From Octopus bimaculoides (taxonomy: Eukaryota), in contig NC_068991.1 in NCBI RefSeq assembly GCF_001194135.2, positions 37,088,468 through 37,152,467 on the forward strand: a stretch of 64,000 bases of DNA, read 5' to 3'. A program made the position numbers and the translations under genes. This document shows, one piece after another, positions 25,722-39,291 of this stretch (positions within the stretch are counted from its first letter, which is position 1; the number at the start of each line of letters is the position of its first letter). The notes beneath the pieces were generated by a model, which was given only the letters and a program-made list of their open reading frames with translations, was not told the origin of the DNA and ran no database searches.

Positions 25722-25903
25722 CCTGAAAATTAAGTCTTTCTCCTGAGTAGTGTCCAGCTGTTTAATTACTCCTGCAGCCATCAGGTATGTACAGATTTGG
25801 CTGATGGCCAACCGACGCTCCTGCTTATAGTTAACTTGATCACAGCTCTGAGTGGTAATTGAATTGGCAAAACCTGAACTTAACCACTGCAGTAACATCT
25901 GCC
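25722..25903 (-). CDS. capu/FMN: Formin coding exon, DEP-like segment (G)QMLLQWLSSGFANSITTQSCDQVNYKQERRLAISQICTYLMAAGVIKQLDTTQEKDLIFR
   Basis: Acceptor ttatctcctccag|GG and donor TTCAGG|GTGAGT. 182 nt, phase 1 to phase 0, consistent with both neighbouring exons. The pattern G..LL.WL ... A..IC..L...GVI ... F resembles a DEP fold. Confidence 0.8.
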
Positions 25904-26349
25904 CTGGAGGAGATAATATAAAGTAATCAATGTATTAAAATAAAATGAGAAATTCTGAAAATGTTCACCTCTAGAGGGAGAATACTCTAAATGTGTTTTC
26001 TAAACCATCCTCTGCATTGTGTATATGGCTAAACTAAAATATATAATCTCAGTTTAGTGTAGAATAGTAACTCTAGTAACTTTATGATTTGGTGTGCATC
26101 AATGGGAGCCACAATGTGGTCGGTTAACTAGCTTGAAATAGCAACCAATTCTCCTCAAATTAGACCCTACTATCTTAAAAAAGAAGTTGCTGGAAATGCA
26201 GTCTTGAATTCTTAGCACATGGATAAAAGACAGGATGATCAAAGCCTGAAATACTCTGGCCATAAGTGTAGTTAATCTAGGGTAACCTAGGGCTAAACAA
26301 TTACTGTACCATAATGAACTAGGATTTTTTTTTTCTTTTTCTAGCAATC

Positions 26350-26620
26350 TGTTGGTTACAGTAATGAGGGTTCCAGCTGATCCAATCAATGGTATAGCCT
26401 GCTCATGAAATTAACTTGCAAGTGGTTGTGCACCCCACAGGCACATGTACCCTTAATGTGGTTCTCAGAGGGATTCAGTGTGACACAGAATGTGACAAGG
26501 CAAGCCCTTTAGCAACAAGAAAGTGTCTTGCTCAATGACACAATGTGCTGCCAGGAACTGAATGCATGACCTTATAATCGTGAGCCAAATACCCTCATCA
26601 CTAAGCCATGCATCTTCACA
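26350..26620 (-). mobile_element. tRNA-derived SINE, third family
   Basis: Minus-strand head gtgaagatgcatggcttagtgatgagggtatttggctcacg. Homologous to 34300-34601. Confidence 0.7.
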
Positions 26621-27859
26621 ATGAACCAGGAGAGCCCCTGCATGGTGACTTGTTAGAAATAGCACTCAAATCTCCTTCAGAATACATCTTCCTCTCTTTA
26701 AAAAGGAAGGATATATTATCCAATGTAGTCCTGCATGACCCTAAGAGAGGATTGTTATGTCTGAAATACCTTTGATCTTAAGAACTTTTAATCATAAATC
26801 TACTCAATAAGGTTGACTAAAAACTAAACAACAACAATCACAACAACATAACTTTGTGCACTGTACCATTATTACACAAACCACTACAGCAACATCACAA
26901 CTCTCTGCAACAGAGACATTGATCCAGAATGATACCTCAACAATTAGCTATTGAGTGAAAAACAAATCAATGTAACAATTCAATTAAGAATTTCTACATG
27001 GTCACTAAATCAGCTAAAAATAGCAGCTAAATTTCTCTCAAATCACACTCTACTGTTTCAAAAACAAAATGATACATCAGATAATATAGTCCTATGCACA
27101 TTGAATCATGATAAAAATATCTTTGATTATAAATTTACTCCATTAGAACTAGCCTCAAGCTACACAACACAATCACCCACTACGCATCAATAACACCATA
27201 GCAACTCCAAATCAACACTAACAGAGATGCTGCATGAAAATACACCACAAAAACCAACAGTGCCAATGGCTTTAGAGCAATGCAAAATCACAGAACCTCA
27301 AGAAAATACCAATATAAAAGTCGGGTAGTTAGGTTTGAACCTTTAATCTCTGGTTTCATCACCATACCACAGAGTTTAAAATTAACATTAATATCAACAA
27401 AGGAACAGCAGAAAAAAAACAATGTAACCTCCATAAACATGTGAAGATATATGACCTAGTGGTTAGGGTACTGGGCTCGTAATCATTTGATCATGGGTTC
27501 AATTTCTGGAGCAGGCAGTGTATTGTGTTTTTGAGTAAGGCACTTCATTTCACATTGCTCCAGTCTATTCAGCTGAAATAATTCTGAGTGCTGGTGCAAC
27601 CCTCTCTCTTATCTGGAAGATCTTGTTCTGCTGAAGCAAGAGTTGGAGGGCCAAGAGGGTGTATATGTCCACTCTTGAGTATACAAGCACCTAAAACAAT
27701 GAGTGAAAGCATGGTACACACATGCTATCCAGTCATATTGACTTGTGAGTGATGACTAATTATATTGACAGTGGTGGTGAATCCTGCTATTATTGATACT
27801 TGATATCTACTTCATAATGTCTCATCTAGATTTGAAGAAAATAAGGTATTGTATATATC

Positions 27860-30130
27860 AGTAGTACTATAATTTCTAATATAGGCATAGGCCAGAAATT
27901 AGGAGAAACAGGTAAGAACATCAACCCAATTATATGACTGGTACTTTATTTCATCAATTAGAGAGATAAAGTGTATAGTTACCTCAACAGAATTTGAACC
28001 CAGAAATACCCAGAACAAATACTGGAAGTCATTTTGTCTTATGCTCTAATGATTCTGCCAGTTCATTTCCTGTAATAATTTCTTACACTGGCACAAGGTC
28101 AGAAATTACGGTATGAGAGACCAGTTGATCTTAGTACTTGGTTGATATTTAATAAACCCCAGAAGGATGAAAGTTGACCCCAGCAAGATTTGAACTCAAG
28201 ATGTAAAGAGGTGGAGCAAATACTGCAACTCTTTAATGATGTTGCCAATCTACCAATAATAACAATAATAATGGTTTCAAATTTTAGCCCAAGGCCAGCA
28301 ACTTTGGGGACAGAGTAAGCAGAATACATCAACCCCAGTGTTCAACTCGTACTTATTTAATGAACCCCAAAAGGATAAAAGGGAAAGTCAACCTCAGCGG
28401 AATTTAATTGGTTTCTATTTTGGCACAAGGCCAGCAATTCTGAGGGTGGGGAGTTAATCAATATCATCAAGCCCAATTGTTGAAAGGTATTTTATTTTAT
28501 TGACCCCCTAAGTGATGAAAAGCTAAGTTGACCTCAGTAGAATTTAAACACAGAATATAAAGAGTTGAAGGAAATACCACAAGGCATTTTCTGGTGCTCT
28601 AACAATTCTGCCAATTTGTTGCCTAATAATAATTCTTTCTACTACTACAGCACAAGGTTTGAAATGTTTGGGGAGGGGATAGTTAATTAAATCAACCCCC
28701 AATGCTTAACTGGTACTTATTTTATTGACCCTGAACAAAGAATGCAAAGAGCCTGAAGAAACAACACTAAAAATTTTTGTCTGACATGATAATGACTCCC
28801 CCCACCATCACAGCAAAACACTTTGAATGATAATAGTTTCAAATTTTGGTACAGACCAGCAAGTTCTGGGGAGGAGATAAGTTGATTACATCAACTCCAG
28901 TGTTCAACTGGTACTTATTTTATCAACCCTATAAGGCTGAAAAACAAAGTAGACTTTGGCAGAATTTGAACTCAGAATGTAAAGACTGATAAAATGCTGT
29001 TAGGCATTATGCCCAGCATGCCATCAATTCTGCCAGCTTGCCTCCCTACTTTGAATGATAATAATGATAATGTAAGGCACAAGGCCCCCTACAAATTTTA
29101 GAACAAAAGGCACAGTCAGTTTTTATTAACCACCTCTACCAAAACTCAACTGATAGTCATGCATATCAACACAGAGATTTGAACTCAGAATGTAAAAGAA
29201 AATAAGTAAATACCAATTCTACCATCCACTACATTAATTCCAATTGATAATAAATAAGGATTTCAAACCTTAAGTGAACACAAAGCTACAAATTAAGGGG
29301 AGCAGGATGGCTAATTATATTACTCAAGAATCTGGCTGGTATTTTGTGTTATTGATCATGGATAAAATTAAAAACAAAGTTGGCCCTGGTGGAATCTAAA
29401 CTCAGAACATACTGAGAATTAACTAAATATTCAAAGGTAATTTAATATAGTGCATGATGATTTTGGCCCCCCCTTACATCATCAACACTATTCTTCTATT
29501 TGCTTCAGCCATACATGTGGTCATGTTGGGAATGTAATAGTAATATGGGTTTCAAATTTTGGCACAAGGCCAACCGATTGATGGGTGGGGGGTTAAGTTG
29601 GTTAAATCAACTCGTATTCAACTGGTACTTATTTTATCGACCTCAAAAGGATGAAAGGCAAAGTCAACTCCAATGGAATTTGAACACAGAATGAAAAGAG
29701 AGACGAAGTGCCGTTAAACATTTTGCTCAGCATGCTAACGAGTCTTGCAGCTTGCCACCTTAATATAGTAATATTAATGATTTCTCACATTAGGACAAGG
29801 AAATTCAAAAAGAAGGAGTAAACGCAATTAAATTAACACCAATATATGATCAGTGTTTGTTTTACTTATCTCAGAGGGATAAAAGACTAAGTTAACCACA
29901 AAGCAAGATTTGAATACACAACAGAGAGGTAAAAAGAAAAAATTAAAATCTAGTCTCATGTTCTAACTCAACTACAGATAACAGAAAGGAATGAAGTGGA
30001 GAAAAATTTACATTGTTACAGGACCCCATTTCTGCTGGGGTCAGTCAAACTGGTACTTATTTTATCAATGCTGGAACAATGAAAGAAACATAAGCCTTGT
30101 AAAGATTTCAGCTAAATATCAGAAGATATT
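27860..30130 (-). mobile_element. Stack of about 10-11 same-orientation SINEs (family of 9206-10580, opposite strand)
   Basis: Repeated ggcacaaggccagcaa...ctggtacttattttat.gacccc.aaaggatgaaaggcaaagt...gaatttgaactcagaa units with (AAT)n spacers. Confidence 0.85.
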
Positions 30131-30352
30131 TAGTTTGAAATATTACAAAGCCTCATTGTGGGTGAAGTAACAATATAAACACACACGAATAGATATAGTA
30201 TATATTTAACCCAGTGACCCTACTGTCTCTACATGCCCTAAATTGTAATACTAAGAAGAATAACAATAAAGAGTACAAAGGTCACAAATTTTGGAAGCGG
30301 ATTGTAATTAAGTTAATTGAAAAAATAATTTTGCTGAAAAATTAAAACCTAC

Positions 30353-30935
30353 CTTCAAAAACCTCCAGATGACTGAAGTTCAATTTAGTTGGAACCTCTG
30401 TCGGCCAATGTAATTTGTCAACTTTAAAAGCAGAATAATTGCCATTTAAAGAACTTTGTACTGTGTTATTGAATTGTTTCACATATTCATTGCCCGTTCC
30501 TGATTCAGGGCCATTATTTGCTGAACTAAGAAGTTTGGCAGAAGCTATAGCACTATTGGCATCTTGCAATGAATGTTTTTTGCTACTTGCTGTTGGTTCT
30601 GGAGAGAGAAGGGGCATGCCTGTTGCTCGTGGAGCAACAGCCATAACATCGATACTTTTTTGAGCCCTGATGTTGTTCATCTGAGCAAGTATTCTGGTGT
30701 CATGGTCCAACATCGCTTGATCAATATCTGTGACAATTATGCCTCGCTTCGACAACTGACTATTGTCTATTTCTGTTTTATCAGTGATATCCAGGGAAAA
30801 ACTTGTCCGATGACAAGCTCGTTCTCCAGTTGGCTCACTGGTATGATCAAAAGTCAAACTTCTGTAAGGATGGTGCACATCTCCAGCACCAGATGAATCA
30901 GATGGTGTTGTGACACCATTTGATGAATGATCCAT
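30353..30935 (-). CDS. capu/FMN: First coding exon of an FMN-subfamily formin (cappuccino/formin-1/2-like): MDHSSNGVTTP...HWPTEVPTKLNFSHLEVFE-G
   Basis: Part of the 200-aa ORF 30342-30944. ATG at 30935 in aaaATGg context; donor GAAG|GTAGGT at 30353/30352 (phase 1) joins in frame to the 25903 exon, giving LEVFEGQMLLQWL. Family assignment rests on recalled motifs in the downstream exons. Confidence 0.75.
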
Positions 30936-31336
30936 TTTCCCCAAAGACAGAAGAAACAGATTTCTCAGATCTAGCGTACTATATAATTAATAGTATCTTT
31001 TGTTGTTTTTTTCTTTAAGCTGCTCAGATCTAAACACATGATAAAACTAATTAGAAAGCTAAATAAAAATCCATATAACAAAACAACACAAGCCCTTTAC
31101 AGTGAGGTTATCAGGTTTATTAAGAGAGAAGTTTCTAAATAGTATCCATAACAATCAAAATGAAAAAATGATCAGCAGGAGACCACAACAGTTGTTTCAA
31201 GGATGCAGTGGGGAGACAGTCATTTTAGTGGGAGAAATAGTAATCAGAATCCTGCACAAAGAATGCTTTCCTAAGAAATCCAAGCAATTTAGTTGTTCTT
31301 CATGCTAGATCTTCATCTTCCTTTGCCTTCATGAAT
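30936..31336 (-). other. Probable 5' UTR portion of the first coding exon, with a short upstream ORF (MKAKEDEDLA*)
   Basis: Strong acceptor ttcttttattgcag|ATTC at 31337/31336. All three frames are closed within about 40 nt of the acceptor, so this part is non-coding. Confidence 0.5.
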
Positions 31337-32664
31337 CTGCAATAAAAGAAAAATACAAAAATAATTAAACAGACAAACTTCGCAACCAATATGAAAATTC
31401 CCCAGACTGAAAGACAATGTCTGAATAGGTTACAGGAAACAGACATTTTTTTTTGTTTTTTCTTTTTTATTCAATTATTAAAGACAGTAGTTTATTGATA
31501 ATATAAGGGGTTTTATTTATTAAACAGCTCTTGCCTGTAAGTATTATCAGTTGTATTTTGTTGTGGTCATCATCTAACTCTGATCAAGGAATGGTTAGTG
31601 AGCAGAAGGTGTTCCAGCTGTCTTGGTAGTATCAGCAATGGTAATGCACCAAATTAAATGACCCAAAGTAGTGATAGTAGTTGTAGTTGCACCAAATGAA
31701 TTGATCAAAGGTGGTGTACAATTCTATTGCTCATCCACTGTTTACATTATCAACTTAGTACTGAGTCACTCACCTGTGATAGCACCAGGTATGACAAGTT
31801 ATCAGCAGACAGTCGAATGGTTGGCAGCAAATGTAGCCAAAGTATGTTAGCTTCTGTTGTGCAGTGTAGAGTAGTTCTGAGAGGATTGCAGTGTCTAAAA
31901 CATATGCATCAGACTTGGAGGCATCATATGGAATCAGCACCACAACTCAAAGTTGCCACCTTTGCACCAGTGTTCTGAGCCTCTACATTCTGGATTCAAA
32001 CTCAACTAAAGCAAACCATTCATTAAAGATCAATAAAAATAAAAATGTCAATCTTGTACCAGGATCAATTTAACTGAAATATATCAACGGCTTCAAATTT
32101 GTGGTGCTATGCCAATGGAAGAAATTCATACCAGGGATGGGGTAGCCGGTAAGGGTGGGCTGCGTCCCCACTAGCCTGCCTCCCTTTACCCCTAATCTAA
32201 CAACTACATTACCATCTACCATCCCTCAACCCAACCCCTCCTGGCACTCACCCTGGCTTCTTCCCTTGCTCTTGCCCATACTGTTGCACTTGTCGCTTTC
32301 TCTCTAACATCATCATCTACATAGGTATTCACAACTGTTCCTTCCATCTCACCGACTCTTTCACCTACACCTTCAGAAATCTGAGTTACTGTATCCTCTG
32401 CTCTCTTTGTCTCTCCCTGTGCATAGGCCAAACTAGTTCTGAGTTCAAATCCTATAACAGTTCATAAAATAAAATACTCAGGCACGTAACTTGAATAAGC
32501 CCAATCAACAATGCTTCTTTATAAGAAATTACTGCTCTTGTAGGAAATTAAGAAGTCATAATTAAATGCAACAATCAGTCAGAAGAAGTGAAACACTGTT
32601 CTAGGTACCTTACAGTACAAAGTTTTACCCTTTGATGCTTACAGTGTGACAAAAAATCATAAGC

Positions 32665-33095
32665 AATATTAGTTTCAAATTTTGGTATAAGGCCAGTAAT
32701 TTCATGGGAAGGATTAAGTCAATTACAACGACCCCAGTGCTCAACTGGTACTTATTTTATTGATCCCCAGTGGATGAAAAGCAAAGTCAACCTCAGCTGA
32801 ATTTGAACATAAAGACAGACGAGATGCTACTAGGCATTTTGCTGAGCAAGCTAACGCTTCTGTCAGCTTGCCACCTTTATCTTAGGCAATATGGGCTTCA
32901 CATTTTGGCACCAGGCCAGCAATTTTGAAGGAGAGGTAGGTTGATTACATCGACCCCAGTACTTATTTTATTGACCCTGTAAGGATGAAAGGCAAAGTCG
33001 ACCACATCAGTTTATGAGCTCAGAACATAAGGACAGATGAAATGCCACTAAGCATTTTGCCAACTGTGCTAACAGTTCTGTTAGCTTGTCATCTT
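32665..33095 (-). mobile_element. Two tandem SINE copies of the same family
   Basis: Same core motif, head-to-tail. Confidence 0.8.
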
Positions 33096-34299
33096 AATCT
33101 TAGGCAACATTGACATCTCTTTCATTCTCCTAATTTCAATGAAATTAGTACCAGTAATAAAAGTGGAGCAACTTCAATTAGATATATTTTTTATCTTTTG
33201 ACTGTTCCAGTGAAATTTGCCTACAAGGAAGCAGCGTCTTCTATATTATAGCCATTTATACTGACCTCAGTTCATATATATTATCAACTAGTACTTCATT
33301 TAATGAGCTCAGAAGGCTGAATGGCAGTAACTGGTCAATGTGACCAAGAAAGAAATCAATTTATAAACAAACAAATTATGAATTATAGCAAACAAACATG
33401 CAAGCATCAATAATTCTAAACCCAGTCAGTTTCCTATGTTTTACCAGAATGTGGCTATTTAGATTTTCTATGCTTGCTCATTAAATTTCTCTGGGCAGAG
33501 ATTAATATGGCTGCAACACTGTGCAGCAGTGAAATATGGGTAACAAATGCAAAGAACTTGCAGTGTGCAGTGATTAGAGAAGTAATTAGTAGGGTCTGTT
33601 GTAAACTTGCTGGAGAAGTTGTGCACAAGTGAGCAGAAATAAGCAACTGATATCAAAGGATTCATTGGTCAATGTAAGAGAGAGATGATTGTATTAGTAT
33701 GGGTAAGGTTGAGTAAATGTGATTCATGAGGCAGTGGTTGGAGTTAATTAAGTCAGAAACTAATGAAATAACTACATCAGGCAAGAAGATATTAGTCCAC
33801 TCACTGGCAAGATTATACAAGTTTGAGATATCAAGAAAAATACAATGCTAATCCCCAAAAATCCAGTGTTTAGCTCCAATTTCATCATACAAAGTACATT
33901 AGATACAGTTCTCTTCTAAAACAGGATACTAAGTAACATTCCAGACATAATCTGCTATTCATTTTCAACTGCTAAGTGAACTGAGGTATATAGTATGGTT
34001 TTTTGTCAGAAACAATGAAATGGCAAGAATAGATTTGAACCTACAATCCACAATATAGCCTAAATCACTACCCATATTACTCTACTAACTATTTTACTTC
34101 TACTAAAAGAGGTTTCCAGCACACGTTTCCTGTTTAGTTGGTACTTCCAAACACTGTTGATGGTGATGGTCATGGTGGAGGCAGAGTTTACGGCAATGAT
34201 GATGATGGTTGGTGGTGGTCATGGTGACGATGATGATAGTTGGTGTTGTTGGTAGTGATAATTGTTAAAACAAACTTTTAGGTTTACCCATGCAACCTA

Positions 34300-34601
34300 C
34301 TCTATTGGTTATGATGAGGGTTCCAGACAATCCAATCTGCTCATGAAATTAATGTTCAAGTGGCTGAGCATTCCACAGACATGTGTACCCTTAACATGTG
34401 GACTCAGGGAGATTCAGCATGATACAGAGTGTGCCAAAGCTGACCTTTTGAAATACAGACACTACTCATTTTTGCCAGCTGAGTGGACTTCAACAATGTG
34501 AAATAAAGTATCTTGCTCAAAGACAACGCACCACCTGGAATCAAACTCATGACCTTACGATCATAAGCAGAATACCCTAACCATGAAGCCACACACCTTC
34601 A
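34300..34601 (-). mobile_element. tRNA-derived SINE, third family
   Basis: Homologous to 26350-26620. Confidence 0.7.
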
Positions 34602-35594
34602 GTGGTAAAAAGGAAGAAAAAAGAATGTCATATAGTTATGAACCTATTTTATCAAAAGAAACGTTGAATCTGCCAGTTACACATGCAAATATGAGTGAAA
34701 CTATAGACATGAAATGTATACATCAAGAGACATCTTAAACATAACTGAAAGACACATTAATGGGCGATGTGGTAATGGCAGACAAAGGAGATGAGAATTT
34801 AATAGAAAGAAAAACAAAATTATCATGACAATGATGATGAGAGAGTGCACTACAAATGCAAGTAATGAAATAAAACTGAGGAAAAAAAATACAAAGTGTA
34901 CCAAAAAGCTAAAGTGAAGAACTAACTCAAAATGTACTTAAATTTATCACCAGTTATTGATTTTAGTTTTGTCTGATAAACATTAGTTGAGCAGTCTCGT
35001 CTGACATTGTTGGTTCAACCACTTACATTAAGATGGAGATGGTGGGAATCTTATAAGTAGTCAGCCTTCTGTCATATTTAACAGAGAATCTTAGTTGATA
35101 TTCTTTCAATAAATAGTTTTCCTTCTATCGATGTTCAAAACTTATAAGTTAGTGTTCGAAATCTGATTATCTTTCAATGTCATCCCTGGCCTCTTTCAAA
35201 AGTATACTAAATTTCTACTAAAGATAAGGTCACTGAAACATGTAAAAACTTCTACAAAAATCCTACTTACCATACTTAGGTTTAAAATACTGTCAGTAGC
35301 CAGAGTTTAAAGTGATGACTTACCAGACCTCTGTTTAAAGTAGTTACGATTTACTAGATCTGAGATGTATTCAATATCAGTTACTCAGTCTTGATTTAAA
35401 ACAGTTACCATTTCCAAGTCTTCTATAAAATACATACATACTAAAACTCAGTTTCAAAGAGATACTCTTAGAAGATCTGAGTTAAAAGAAATGACAGCTG
35501 TCATGCTTCATTTAGCTGTCAAGATTCAGTTTAGAGAAATTAGAGTACCATACAATAAATCAACAGAGTAAAAGTATGTGGGACTGAGTTCAGA

Positions 35595-38183
35595 GCAGTT
35601 AGCACTAACAGGACTGCGTCTAGTGCTGTTAGCACTACCAGGACTGCATCTAGTGTTGTTAGCACTACCAAGACTAGGTCTAGTGCGGTTAGCATTACCA
35701 AGACTGGGTCTAGTGCGATTAGCATTACCAAGACTGGGTCTAGTGCGATTAGCATTACCAAGACTGGGTCTAGTGCGATTAGCATTACCAAGACTGGGTC
35801 TAGTGCGATTAGCATTACCAAGACTGGGTCTAGTGCAGTTAGCATTACCAAGACTGGGTCTAGTGCGATTAGCATTACCAAGACTGGGTCTAGTGCGGTT
35901 GGCATTACCAATACAGGGTCTAGTGCAGTTGGCATTACTAAGACTGGGTCTAGTGCAGTTGGCATTATCAACACCGAGCCCAGTTGGCACTAGCAACACT
36001 GGGCCCATAGCGGCTGGCACTAGCAACACCAGGCCTGGCATGGCTGGCACTAGCAGCACCCAGCCCGGTGCGGTTGGTATTACCAAGACTGGGTCTGGCG
36101 CAGTTAGCATTACCAAGAACGGCTCCAGCATGGCTGGCATTACCAAGCCCGGTTCCAGTGCAGTTAACATTACCAAGAAAAGCTCAAGCTCAGTTAGCAT
36201 TACAAAGACAGACTCCAGCACGGTTAGCATTACCAGGGCCAGCAGAAGAATGGATAGCATTACCAAGACCAGCTCAAACGTGGTTAGCATTACCAAGAGT
36301 GAGTCTAGCGTACTTGCCATTGCCAAGACCTGCTCAAGCGCAATTAGCATTACAAAGACCGGCTCCAGCACAGTTAGCATTACAAAGACTGGCTCCAGTG
36401 CAGTTAGCATTACAAAGAGCAGCTCCAGTGGAGTTAGCATTACAAAGACCAGCTCCAGTGCAGTTAGCATTACCAACACTGGCTCCAGCACGGTTAGCAT
36501 TACAAAGACCGGCTCCAACACAGTTGGCACTAACAGGACTAGCTCTGGCGTGGTTAACTACCGAGACTGGTCCCGGCGCGGTTGGTACTACCACAGTTAG
36601 CATTACTAAGACTGGCTCCAGGGCAGTTAGTATTACCGGGACCAGCTCTGGCGCGGTTGGCATAACCAAGACCGGCTCCGGTGCGGTTGGCATTACCAAA
36701 ACCGGTTCCAGTGCGGTTGGCATTACCAAGACCAGCTCTGGCAAGGTTAGCATTACCTAGATCACCTGCAGCGCAGTTGGCATTACCAAGACCGGCTTTG
36801 GCTCTGTTGGCATTATCAAGACTGGCTCCAGCATGGTTGGCCTTACCAAGACCGACTCCAGTGCAGTTAGCATTACCAAGAAAAAGCTCCAGCACAGTTA
36901 GAATTAGAAAGATTGGCTCCAGCGCAGTTGGCATTACAAAAACTGGCTCCAGCACAGTTAACATTACAAAGACCAGCTCCGGCACAGTTATCATTACCAA
37001 GACCGGCTCCTGTGTGGTTAGCATTACCAAGACTCGTTCTAGCATGGTTGGCATTACCGTAACTGGTTGTAGCGCAGTTAGCATTACCAACAGTGGGTCT
37101 AGCACAGTTAGCATTACCAACAGTGGGTCTAGCACAGTTAGCATTACCAACAGTGGGTCTAGCACAGTTAGCATTACCAACACTTGGTCTAGCGCAGTTA
37201 GCATTACCAACACTGGCTCTAGCGCAGTTAGCATTACCAAGAATGGGTCTTGAGCAGTTAGCAGTATCCATACTGGCTCCATCACAGTTAGCATTACTAA
37301 GACTGGCTCCAGTGCAGCAAGCATTAACAACACCGCCTCCAGCATTGCCAGCATTACAAAGACTAGCTCCAGTGCAGGTTGCATTACCAAGACTGCCAGA
37401 CTGGCTGCAGTGCAGTTAGCATTATGAAGACTGGCTCCAGCATGGTTACTATTACCAGGACCGGCTCCCGGGCATCTGGCATTATCAGGACTGGCTCCAG
37501 CTTGGTTACCATTACCAACACTGGCTCCAGCTTGGTCAGCATTACCAACAACAGCTCCAGCTTTGTTAGTATTACTAACACCAGTTCCAGCTCAATTAGC
37601 ATTACCAAGACCAGCTCCAGCTCAGTTAGCATTACCAACACTGGCTCCAGCTCAGTTAGCATTACCAACACTGGCTCCAGCTCAGTTAGCATTACCAACA
37701 CTGGCTCCAGCTTGGTTAGCATTACCAAGACCAGCTCAACCACAACTAGCATCTCCAAGAGCAGCTCCAGCACAGCAAGTATAACAACCAGCTCCAACAT
37801 AGCTAGCATTACAAACACTGGCTTCAGCGCAGTTCGAATTACAGTGCAGTTAGCACTACCAAGACTGCAAGACCAGCTGCCAGGCAGTTAGCATTACCAA
37901 CACTGGGTCCAGCACAGTTAGCATTACCAACACTGGGTCCAGTACAGTTAGCATTACCAACACTTGGTCTAGTGCAGTTAGCATTACCAACACTGGCTTT
38001 AGTGCAGTTAGCATTACCAACACTGGCTTTAGTGCAGTTAGCATTACCAACACTGGCTTTAGTGCAGTTAGCATTACTAAGACTGGGTTTAGTGCAGTTA
38101 GCATTACCAACACTGGGTCTAGTGCAGTTAGCATTACCAACATTGGCTTTAGTGCAGTTAGCATTACCAACACTGGGTCTAGT
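35595..38183. repeat. 30-bp minisatellite, about 86 units, consensus close to gcagttagcattaccaagactggctccagt
   Basis: Continuous 30-bp periodicity. It produces the overlapping repetitive ORFs of the track (AVSITKTGSS / VLVMLTALEP / GNANCTRPSL), broken by several register shifts. Confidence 0.95.
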
Positions 38184-39199
38184 ATATTTATTATGATTAC
38201 GAGACATCATTTGATGCTTTAATATAAAGAAGTCAATTTATGAATCGATGCTTTTGTTGTTGCTGTTGAATAACTTTGCCTAAATAATGTTATGGCTTAA
38301 AAGTTGGAAACCAAAAAAGAAACCTGGTTGACATTTTAAGACATTTTCTTTTCTCTTGCTAACCACTGGATTCTATTTAACCACTGTTTTGTATCTAATC
38401 AATGCATTGTACCTAACTACTGCATTGTATCTTGTCTGAATGTTAAGTTTTTGTGAACCATAAAAACTAAGATAAACAGATGCATGTGCCTTGCCCTGGG
38501 CTACCACAGAACATCTATAGTACTCCTGACTAAATTCACTATAATATATAAAATAATTGAGGCAATAAATATCAGCATCTGGACAGATGTTGTGTAGAAG
38601 ACATGTACAGAATATCATACACACACAAAATGCTTAGCTGTATTTCTTTTGGCTTTATGCACTCGGTTCAAATGCTGCTGAGGGCTACTTTGCCTTTCAT
38701 CTTATCAGGGTCAATGAAATAAGCACTACTGGGATCGATTTAATTGACTAACCTCCTCCACTATAATTTCAAGTCTTGCATCTATAACAGAAAGGATTAT
38801 ACACCCATATGAGGTAACATGTTAGCAGAAATAATTGTATTAAACTAAATATTCTTTGATTCTTTCATTCAAATTCCAATTAGTTTGGCTTTGCCTTCCA
38901 TCTCTCTAGAAAAGAAGTATCACTAAATTATGCATTGGCAATATACAAGGGATTTATACACTGGCAATACACTGTTTAGGAATAGATAATGCTAGATATC
39001 ACAAGTATACATACATGCTACAGACATATGTATTTGCACCACACAGACAACCACCCTGTTATTTAGAATGAAATGAAATAAGATTTCTTGACATTGATGA
39101 CTAACAGCAAAAAATAGAATGGAAAACAAAATAAAATAACATGAAAAACAAAGTAAACGAAGGAAAAAATAAAAATCAACAATCACCATGGAAACTTAC

Positions 39200-39291
39200 C
39201 AAGACAACATTATCTAAATCTATAGCTATGAAGAAATCAGTCCAATACAATTATATTTGAAGAAATTAGTTGTGGAAGAAGTATTGAAAAT
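39200..39291 (-). other. Candidate non-coding 5' UTR exon of the formin gene
   Basis: Acceptor tattcctcacaaacag|A and donor TTG|GTAAGT. Stops in all three frames. Confidence 0.3.

Noticed and set aside
32216-32431. 71-aa minus-strand ORF as a formin exon
   Set aside because: No convincing splice sites or recognisable motif; purine-rich repeat-like sequence.
35595-38183. CRISPR-like array
   Set aside because: Contiguous tandem units with no unique spacers, no cas genes, and a eukaryotic context.
35526-38210. The many 70-340 aa ORFs on both strands as separate genes
   Set aside because: They are reading frames of one 30-bp repeat whose unit lacks stops in several frames, and each ORF switches repeat register midway.
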